DNA of 28,771 bases from a virus (taxonomy: Duplodnaviria; Caudoviricetes): positions 1 to 28,771 of the IMG/VR virus record IMGVR_UViG_3300038379_000184, one strand, 5' to 3'. Below, one piece after another: positions 16,901 through 24,100 of this stretch. Within the stretch, counting starts at the first letter, position 1; every line of letters starts with the position of its first letter. Made by a program: the position numbers and the translations under genes. The notes under the pieces are model-generated. The model worked only from the letters and a program-made list of their open reading frames with translations, did not search any database and was not told the origin of the DNA.

Positions 16901-18290
16901 CGCCGAGCGGCATCTGGCTGTTGTGCGTGACGGTGAAGTCCCCAAGTAGGAACCGGCCGTCTCCATCGAGCATGAAACCGTAGTAGTCGCCCGCACCAAG
17001 CGGCGTGACGACAAAGCCGGTGCGGGTGGCAGAGACGCGGCGCTCGCGCTCCTCGGCCTGCTTGCGCTCGATGCGCGTCGGGATGCGCGACACGTCGCCG
17101 TAGATCGTGACGAGGTGGTACTCGCCTTCGGCGCCGGTCTGGCACATCTTCCTGACCGGGCGGATGGTGGCGCCGAACCCGAGCGAACGAGCGATCCACC
17201 AAACGGCTCGCGCCCAATCCTCGCGCTTCTGCGAGATGTAGAAGCACGAGCCTGCGCCATCCGAGCCACCGAACTCGCCGTCAGTGTCGAGGTACCCCGC
17301 GAGGAAGGCGAGACGGGTCGCCGCGTCGCCGCGCAGGATCGCCTCGGGAACGGTGACACGCGGCCCGACCGCATCGCGCATGGCGACGAGCAAACGGTTG
17401 ATCTGCCCACGCGCATTCGCGATGCCGAACGACGGGCAGTTGTTCGTCGAGGTGCGCTCCACGAACCGAAGCTCCCACGCCTCGGCCACCGCACGGCACG
17501 CCTCGCGAATCTCCTTGTCCATCGCCGTGACACGAACGTCCACGAGCGCGACCGATCCGTCAGCGTGCGTACGAACGCTCTTGTGCCCGTCACCGAACCA
17601 AACGCCCAGGAAGTACGGGTCGATGGTGAGCGCAGGCGGCTGATTCTCGAACTTCTCGACGCCGACGCTGAACTGCTTATAGCGCGAGCGGAAGTAGGCA
17701 CCCTTCTGCTGCCACTGGTCCAGGCCGATGTCGATGACTTCGCTGTTGCTCGTGTGCTGGAGCGTGAGGATGTGAACGTCGTTGCACACCCACGAATCGC
17801 CCTTGCACGGGTCGATGCGATAGAGCGGCCCGCGGCCCTGCGTCGTGGACAAGACCGTGCGCGGTTTGCCGTCCGGCCCCATGAGCCGGTCGCCCTCCAC
17901 GATCCTCTCGACCGGGAGCACGCGACCGTCCGCCATAAGCACCGGAGTACCGAGCCCGAGGCACTTACCGTCGCCCGGGTGCTCCAGGTGACCGATGGCG
18001 CCGCGACCACCGATGCGCTGCTGGAACGGCGTGCCCGGGACGAGGTGTTGCTCCCACACGCGCGGCGGGTAGACGCGGTTGTTCCGGTTCTTGACGCCGC
18101 AGTGCTGCGCCTTCGCGCGGACGCGGAAGCGACCGTCGGCAAGCTCCTGGATGAAGCCCTTGCCGCGGGTCGCTTTCTCCGCGAGCTTGAGCGGCTCGAC
18201 CTGCGTGGGGCCGGCCTTCTCCGTGAGCAGGGTGCGCACCCCGTAAGGGATGCCGTCCACCGTGTACTCCTGGAGGTGCTGCGTCGCCAT
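13923..18290 (-). CDS. Prohead protease (T4 gp21-like) with intein, fused to a long scaffold/core-like C-terminal region; ~1455-aa precursor
   Basis: Motifs 'NRNNRVYP', 'GHLEHP' (catalytic His), 'GLSSRGNGS' (catalytic Ser), 'WDCVIDESTPGA'. Acidic tract and C-terminal coiled coil. Start reassigned from 18449 to the ATG at 18290, which overlaps the upstream TGA (TGATG). Confidence 0.9.
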   Translation of the reverse strand: MATQHLQEYTVDGIPYGVRTLLTEKAGPTQVEPLKLAEKATRGKGFIQELADGRFRVRAKAQHCGVKNRNNRVYPPRVWEQHLVPGTPFQQRIGGRGAIGHLEHPGDGKCLGLGTPVLMADGRVLPVERIVEGDRLMGPDGKPRTVLSTTQGRGPLYRIDPCKGDSWVCNDVHILTLQHTSNSEVIDIGLDQWQQKGAYFRSRYKQFSVGVEKFENQPPALTIDPYFLGVWFGDGHKSVRTHADGSVALVDVRVTAMDKEIREACRAVAEAWELRFVERTSTNNCPSFGIANARGQINRLLVAMRDAVGPRVTVPEAILRGDAATRLAFLAGYLDTDGEFGGSDGAGSCFYISQKREDWARAVWWIARSLGFGATIRPVRKMCQTGAEGEYHLVTIYGDVSRIPTRIERKQAEERERRVSATRTGFVVTPLGAGDYYGFMLDGDGRFLLGDFTVTHNSQMPLGAIVVTEASPPDENGEVWITFETMSTPPGRVVEAYIRDRVRFGLSSRGNGSVQSRNGVDEVQDDFDPITWDCVIDESTPGAEVPADENLRESIRKAWAELAGYVKSLNERAHGDAGKVRLLAEADARKAASLIDCPGGVCKCKLTESELPPSGYSKYLLAFEDGSAHYRAYQGTTGQWEVWMHPHNLAPERLASKIPTLDSCQQVAENHYKLVLAGGAMSAQQHAAQSNAIGREAASLAPNAVVAPNIGGMAGMMGRYSQPVGPGPVTGGRTPRIVLSFESVRPQWQKVLAKLQETWKDVVTLPYSGTVMRVTTKPDTSALPALRRAGMVAKPIAEGVAEVYSSFESGKQAVAHVRRVLAGSGITARVEAVSKIRHGRPIAERNIMGIKRMVREAGNDSSQAGDMAGGDTVPEPTGEMPDGMTDEFEGEDPMDLDLDLDVNEEMEGGGKESDDTDMPADGDGPDLEAGIDMGEADLEAGIDMDGQDPGDADMAEQDDDSIDYDMGGDDDMGFEEPEDMGEQDDEPGMDSMDMMGADEMPEEGCGMAAMESFRRQFNKLMEAPQNRAAMKAMFGKAFARSGSQAAKARGTKGGAKYYQKFRANYAKKHGLNVKAASTPGQQASRVKKGSKKESVMPRAYYLTFTRRLNERGGPVAGAVRVWFDKGDRPLSYEFYNRDGILEAVTDKRLRVTHSALAEGKKLRPITKGEVWEGEDGARFRPSRIVKLAEEDLPARHGGDTGVVVKGDEYMGKEGPDYSTIDGMNDPGERGEEGDGGSEGDYDQATSAGDGEVVKTGTWPTSGSPIAMPSEGRRISHRSAVTEQEDGEDDEKEKDDEKDESIAAHLREKIAFLEGEVNRYETLCQEQHETIEALRESAHLAEMERARAEAFERHPELRKVESRLLRCESVEALNEEVAGLLSLVERRQPATPSAPPLVERVGSNDAHSGAPRDGVPVGSLMESSSPFSDRLGTGARLGNGDVASRVAAHRKRRRGQ
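15459..15515 (-). repeat. 33-nt period tandem duplication encoding DLEAGIDM twice within the acidic tract
   Basis: Plus-strand copies catgtcgatgccagcctccaagtc and catgtcgatgccggcctccaggtc. Confidence 0.7.
16920..17963 (-). mobile_element. Intein with LAGLIDADG homing endonuclease, 348 aa, in the prohead protease
   Basis: Starts 'CLGLGTPVLMADG', block B 'CNDVHIL', endonuclease blocks 'PYFLGVWFGDG' and 'AFLAGYLDTDG', ends 'YYGFMLDGDGRFLLGDFTVTHN' followed by Ser(+1). Confidence 0.95.
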
Positions 18291-18766
18291 CACCACGAGG
18301 CACCTCCGAAGCGAGGCGTCGCGAGCGAGCGCCGGAGCGGCGAGGGCTGCATCATCGCGACCTGGCGGCTTCGACGGTTGAAGTAGGCGTCCACCCCGCC
18401 CACATCCGGCGACCCGATCCGCGCCATCGCCATGATCTGGCGAACCCACGGGATCTGGTCGGGGTCCTCCAGGACCATCGACGTGCCGTTGCGCGAGTGG
18501 TAATAGGCGACGTGCATATCACACGCCAGCTTGTCCATCAGCGCACGCCCACCAGGCAGGCGCTCGACCCAGCCCTTGTGGTCGGTGCGCGGGTCGTACT
18601 CGCCCACGGGCGCGGGGGGCTGCGCCATGTCGATGAGGTACGTCTCGGACGTGTCCGGCCCCGTCGGCACCTGGAGGAGCAAGCGCGGGCTCGCCGGGTG
18701 GGACCTGTGAAACAGGACCACCTCGGGTAGCTCCTCGTAGCGCGGCAGCGGGATCGGCTTCGCCAT
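18290..18766 (-). CDS. Hypothetical protein, 158 aa, translationally coupled to the protease gene
   Basis: Fills the gap between genes; stop codon overlaps the protease ATG by 1 nt. Confidence 0.7.
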   Translation of the reverse strand: MAKPIPLPRYEELPEVVLFHRSHPASPRLLLQVPTGPDTSETYLIDMAQPPAPVGEYDPRTDHKGWVERLPGGRALMDKLACDMHVAYYHSRNGTSMVLEDPDQIPWVRQIMAMARIGSPDVGGVDAYFNRRSRQVAMMQPSPLRRSLATPRFGGASW

Positions 18767-18772
18767 GAGCGC

Positions 18773-19657
18773 CTACTGCGCCTCGCTGTCCCAGGACAAG
18801 TCGATGTCCACCGGGAGGTAGGAGGTCGCGTGCTCGAAGTCGGTGGTGATGGCACCCGCGGTGGGGTTCGCGCTGAACCGCAGCGAGAACGTGCCGGCCA
18901 CGTAGTCCACCTCGCCGTCGGCGCGCGCGAAGGGCGCGACGGCCTGCTGACCCACGAGGCGCCCGTCGCCCGTGTCGCGCACGACGATGGCGACGCCGCC
19001 CACGAGCGCGTTGATGACGATGGACCCGGGCGCGAGGTTGAGCCGGGTGGTGCCGCCAGCGAACTGGCCGCTGTAGGCGGACTCGCCGCCGGTGGCCGTG
19101 GCGAGCGTCACGCCGGCGAGGGCGGTCCCGAGCCAGCGCACGCGGAGAAGCTGGCCGACCGGGACGTGCCCGGAGCCCGGCACGCCCGTGAAGGCTGGCC
19201 CGCTGGCCGGGTCGCGCGGCCAGGTGGCGATCATGCCCGTGTGCCGGCCCTTGAGGACCAGCCCGCCGGCCGGGATGACCGGGGTGAGCGCCTGCGCCGC
19301 CCAGGCCGGCTCGACCTGCGACACCATCATCACGCCGTTCGGGATCGCGCCGCCGACCGACAGCACGCGCTGCCGGTTGCGGAAGGGCACGCTCCCGGCC
19401 ACCGAGGTGACGGTGGGCCGGGGCGCGGCCTCCACGACGAACTTGACCGGGGAGTTCGACGCCGGCCCGAGCAGCGGGGACCGGATGATGGCGTCGGACT
19501 GCGGAAGCTCCGAGGGCTGGTCGAAGGTGAACTTCACCCACGAGTCGCCCGGGATGCGCTGCTCGATGATGACACCGAGAAGCTGGCGAGCACCGTCGGC
19601 GCCGCCGCGGTGATTGAACCGGAGGCGGTGCTGCGCTCCCGACTGGACGATGCTCAC
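18773..19657 (-). CDS. Probable capsid-associated/decoration protein with one copy of the shared beta module, 294 aa
   Basis: 'LAPGSIVI...VRDTGDGRLVG...GEVDYVAGTFSLRF'. SD AAGGAG. Confidence 0.65.
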   Translation of the reverse strand: MSIVQSGAQHRLRFNHRGGADGARQLLGVIIEQRIPGDSWVKFTFDQPSELPQSDAIIRSPLLGPASNSPVKFVVEAAPRPTVTSVAGSVPFRNRQRVLSVGGAIPNGVMMVSQVEPAWAAQALTPVIPAGGLVLKGRHTGMIATWPRDPASGPAFTGVPGSGHVPVGQLLRVRWLGTALAGVTLATATGGESAYSGQFAGGTTRLNLAPGSIVINALVGGVAIVVRDTGDGRLVGQQAVAPFARADGEVDYVAGTFSLRFSANPTAGAITTDFEHATSYLPVDIDLSWDSEAQ

Positions 19658-19701
19658 TTGGCTTCTCCTTCCCTACGCGATGTTCGAGGAAGCGGCTGCG
19701 A

Positions 19702-20727
19702 CTAGCTGCCGCTCACGCGCGGGTCGTTCGAGGCGCCGCCGGGCGGGAAGCCGGCGTACTCCTCCTGCACGCGGTACGACTCCTCCAGGTGGTGGGAGAC
19801 CCAGGCCACGATGTCGGTGCTGCCCGCGCCGCGCGAGACGCCCATGATGGCGACCTTGCTCTCGCCCTTGATCCCGTCGGCCCACGCCTCGGAGCCAAGC
19901 TCCGGGATGCCGTCCGACAGGATGTTCACGCCGTGGTGGCCGCCGCCCTTGACGAGCAGCGCGCCGAACGGGTTGAACGTGAAGGTCATGGTCACGGTGC
20001 CGACGAGCGGGACCGAGATGGACGTGAGCGTGACCACGCCGGTGGCGTAGTCGATGGTGCCGCGGAGCACCGCGCCGCCGCCCGTCGTCTCGATCATGTT
20101 GCCCTTGCCGTCGTCCACGACCGTCACCACGCCGTCGGTCATCGAGACCGAACGCGGGACGACGCGGCCGAACGACGCCTGCATCACGAAGGGCACCGCC
20201 GCCGCCGCCTGCGTCTTGGTCTGCGTCGGGCTGGCGAACTGCGAGAAGTCGGTGTGCGTGTAGGCCGCGACCACCGGCTCGGTCACCGCCGTGCCGAACG
20301 TGATGTTGAACTCGCCCGTGCGGTAGTTGATCGTGCCGCGCGAGACGCTCGCCGTGTCCTTGAGCACGCCGTCGCCGGCGGGGTCGGTGAGCGGCGTCGA
20401 GCCGCCGGCCGCCGCGGTGATGCTCACCGACTTCGGCTTGACCGCGCCGAACTGGAGCTTGCCGCGGTACACGGTGGTGGAGACGAACGCCTTGGTGAGA
20501 AGCTCACCCGTGACGGCCTTCTCCTTGTTGCCGTGCCCGAGCACGATGAGCGCGTCGGCCGCGCCCTGGTTCATGACGCGGACGCCGGTGGTGCGCAGCG
20601 CCGGCATCGACAGGAGGGCCGTCAGGCCCACCCCGGCGTACGGGACGCCGCTGCGGTACTCGTTCTCGCGGGGCTTCGCCTCGGCCGCCCCGATCCCGGC
20701 GAAGCTGTAGCTGCCTTCCAGACCCAT
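19702..20727 (-). CDS. Probable capsid-associated/decoration protein with two copies of the shared beta module, 341 aa
   Basis: 'VKPKSVSI...GDGVL...GTINYRTGEFNITF' and 'VVPRSVSM...DDGKGNMI...GTIDYATGVVTL'. Strong SD. Confidence 0.65.
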   Translation of the reverse strand: MGLEGSYSFAGIGAAEAKPRENEYRSGVPYAGVGLTALLSMPALRTTGVRVMNQGAADALIVLGHGNKEKAVTGELLTKAFVSTTVYRGKLQFGAVKPKSVSITAAAGGSTPLTDPAGDGVLKDTASVSRGTINYRTGEFNITFGTAVTEPVVAAYTHTDFSQFASPTQTKTQAAAAVPFVMQASFGRVVPRSVSMTDGVVTVVDDGKGNMIETTGGGAVLRGTIDYATGVVTLTSISVPLVGTVTMTFTFNPFGALLVKGGGHHGVNILSDGIPELGSEAWADGIKGESKVAIMGVSRGAGSTDIVAWVSHHLEESYRVQEEYAGFPPGGASNDPRVSGS

Positions 20728-20748
20728 GATGTTCTCTCCTTGCCTTGC

Positions 20749-21096
20749 CTACGCGGCCCCAAGATCGACCGGGGACCCCTTGATGGTGCGAACGACGGTC
20801 ACGAGGAGCGACACGTTGCCGCCCGCGTGGAGGGCGATACGCGCCCTGCTGCTGTTCACCACGGTCTGCACGCTCTCGCCGCCCGGCATGACGGTGGCCG
20901 AGGTGTCGGGGATGTCGGTCCAGTCCACCCCGTTGTCCGACTCCTGGAAGCGGATGGCGGCAGACGCACCGCCAACCGACGGCGAGAGGTTCTCCACGAT
21001 GACGACGGGAGGCTGACTCCCGTTGTTGTGGAACTGGAGAACGCGCGCAGCGATGGCCGGCGCGCTGTAGACGCCAGGTTGTGCGTGGACCGACAT
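20749..21096 (-). CDS. Small beta-sandwich protein, possible capsid decoration or spike base, 115 aa
   Basis: All-beta pattern with 'IRFQESDNGVDWTDI'. SD GGAG. Confidence 0.55.
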   Translation of the reverse strand: MSVHAQPGVYSAPAIAARVLQFHNNGSQPPVVIVENLSPSVGGASAAIRFQESDNGVDWTDIPDTSATVMPGGESVQTVVNSSRARIALHAGGNVSLLVTVVRTIKGSPVDLGAA

Positions 21097-21106
21097 GCCG
21101 TTCTCC

Positions 21107-21159
21107 GATGCGTCAGATGTTACCCGGTCGGATCAGTCACCACAACAGGGATGCGTCAG
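21107..21159. promoter_or_regulatory. Intergenic region with a 10-bp direct repeat (GATGCGTCAG x2) flanking the recurring 12-mer GTCGGATCAGTC
   Basis: Repeat copies at 21107-21116 and 21150-21159; 12-mer at 21127-21138. Confidence 0.4.
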
Positions 21160-21160
21160 G

Positions 21161-24100
21161 TTAGCCCTTGGCCTTGTGCCCGAGCGCCGAACCGTAGCTC
21201 CGCGCCACCTTGAGGAGCGTCTCCACATCGACGCCCACCGACAGGACGAGGGCCTTGATGTCGGGATCGTAGAGCGCGATCTGCCCGAAGCGGTGGTGCC
21301 CGTCGATGATGTAGCCGTCGGACGAGCCGATGAGGAACCCCTTCTTCGCCGCGAAGGAGTTCTGCGTCGCGGGTCCGAAGGCCGCCGTGGAGAGGATGAG
21401 CTTGTCGAACCAAATCTGGTTCTGGATCGGCTTGAGCGTGCGGACGGTCACCGGAGCCGGTCCGTGGACGCGCACCACGTCGTCCTCCGGGGAGCCGTCC
21501 TTCACGCCGAGCGTGATCCACTCCTTGTTGCCGAACATCGGCGGATTGCCGGCCTTCTCCCACGGGAACAGGTTCGGAGCGTGCTCCGGCGCCCACGGCG
21601 CGAACACGTCAACGTGCCCGCCCTCCAAGTCCTTCGCGAACTGCTGCACGTCCTCCGGCTCGATGACCGGCATGTACTCGCGCGGGATGTCCTGCGCGTA
21701 CTTCATCCGCGACTTGAGCCAGGCGAAGTTCTTGTCCAGGTTCGGGAGGTCCGTCGCGAGGTCACCGCCGTACCTCCGGTACGTGGCCTCCGCCCACGTC
21801 ATCGCTTGGTCCACCGAGATGCGCGCGACGTTGAGCTTCCAGTTGTCGGAAGCGTCGCGGCGCTTCAACTCCGCGAACGCACCCTTGCGGTCCATGTCCG
21901 CACCGGCGCTGCCCCGCTTGTCGCGGAAGATGAACCCGGCACCGGCGGGGGCGTCGGACCGATCCTGGAACTCGGTCAAGCCGTCACGCCGAAGCGACCC
22001 CCTGCCGCCGATGGCGGCTTCGAGGGTGTTCGCGAGCATGAGGTGCGCCGCCTTCCCATGCTTGCGCAGCGCCGTGATGGCGTGGTGCATCTCGCTCTCC
22101 GAAGCGAGCGTGCGCGCGCCACCGCGCGTGCGCTGCACGAGCACGCCGGCGAGCGAACCGAACGGCACCGCCTCCGCGAGCAGCCGGTGGTCCACCGGGT
22201 TGAACTCGACGCGCAGCGAGGCGTCGGCCGGCACGCTCGTCACCGCCTTGATGCGGTCGATGGCCTCCACGCGCGCCCGCACGTCGAGGTTCGGCATGTA
22301 GCCCGAGATGGCCTCGTTCAGCGAGCGGTAGTCCTCGCCGCGCGCGATGCGCTCCGCGAGCGGCGTGTCGAGGAGCAGCGCCACGGCCTGGTCGGCCGTC
22401 TCGACCGACTCCAGCGCCGGGGTGGCAGGAACCGCCGGGCTCGCGGCGGGCGCGGGGGCAGGCGTCGGCGCGGGGGGCGTCGCGGCCCCGTTGGCCTGCA
22501 TCTGCTTCATGGCATCGAGGTTGTCCCCGCCCATGCCGCCGTTCTCGCCCTTCATCACCTCGTTGGCCTTGTCCACCTGCGCCGCGAGGTTCTGGATGTC
22601 GTCCAAGAACGTCGCGGCCAACTGCTGGGCCTTCGCGAGTTCCTTCTGCGTGCGCTTCGCGCCGGTGGCCTGCGCCATCGCCGCGCACTTCACGAGCGTC
22701 TCGGCCGTGAGCTTGAACACCGCCTCGCGAGCAGCCTTCAACTGCTCGCCGGCCTCCTTCATGCCGCCGGCGCACGACTCGGCCTCGGCCGCCTGGCCCA
22801 CGTCGAGTTGCTCGCGGACGTGCCGCTTCCGGCTCTCGACCGTGACGGCCATCGACTTCTCGCGCGTGGGCCCGAGGTCGCCGTCGATGTTGTCCTTCTC
22901 GACGCTCACCACGTCGTTCTTGCCAGGCATGGAGCCGTCGCCGCCCTCGCACACGAAGCGGCCCTCGAACGGGCCGCCGGCCGAGCGCCAGGCGTAGGTC
23001 ACGAAGCGGGAGATGTGCGGGCTCTTGCGAGCCTCGTCCACCCCGGCCCGCGCGGCGTTGTAGCTCTTGATGAGCCGCGCCTCGCGGAGCTTGGCCGCCT
23101 TGCCGCGGTTGAGCACCGTGGCGAGGTCCAGGCGCATCTCCACGAGGGTCACCTGGAGCCCGGACGCGCGCGCAGCCTCCGCGATCTTGACGATGTTCGT
23201 GCGCGGCGGGGCGTCCACGACGAGCACGCCGCCCATCTGGACGAACGCAGGGGTGCGGCGCTCGCTGACCATGCGCTTGACCGCGGCCTCCGCGAGCTTG
23301 TCCTTGCCGCCGCCCATCGAGTTGTAGTACTTCCGCACCGCCGGGATCGAGAAGTAGCGGTCGAAGCTCTCGCGGCAGGTCTGGTAGAGCTTCCAGGGCA
23401 GCGCGTCGCGGAGCATGACGCCGCCGCTCTCCGCGACGTGGCGGAAGCGCGGGTCGGTCACGAGCACCTGGTCGAACATCGACTCGTTCCGCACCGCCGC
23501 GAGGGCCGCGTGGTCCTCGCGCGCGGTCGCGAGACGCATCTCATCGACCGCCTCGCGACGCGCCTCGGCCCCGGTGGCGGACTCCAGGCTCGGGAAGGGC
23601 GCCACGCCGACGCGCTCCTGCATCCGACGGGCCCACGGGGCGAGCTTCGTGCGGATGAAGTAGCCCCGGCCGCTCGTGGGCGAGCCGGCGACGATGACGG
23701 CCTGCTTCACGCCGTCCTTGGCGAGCGCCTCCATCATGCCGGAGAGGCTGCACGTCACCACCCGCTGGTCCGCCAGGTACCCGGTGGCGGCGTCCTCGCG
23801 GACGTGGACCTTCGGCGCGCGCACCACGTCCCCGTTGGGGAGCCGCACCACGCACGTCTCCGTCCCGGACTCCATGATGGCGACCTGCGTGCCAGGCTTG
23901 GCCTCGCCAGCGCCGTAGGAGAGACCCTCGGGCAGCGAGCCGCCCGGGATGACGCTGGCCTGCTCCCACACCACGAAGCCGTCGCCCTGGCCGGTGCGGG
24001 CGTAGGCGTCGCGGCTGTGCGCCTCGCCCAGCTTCACGCGATCCTCGAAGTCCTTCGCGAAGGACTTGGCGACGGCCTCGCGCGTCTCCTTGTTGAACAC

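Noticed and set aside
18291-18449. N-terminal extension of the protease ORF to 1508 aa
   Set aside because: Overlaps the 158-aa gene. The TGATG coupling at 18290 gives a more plausible start.
21161-21720. ParABS partition system
   Set aside because: No ParA, HTH domain or parS-like palindromes are visible; the domain is fused to a giant protein in the head module.
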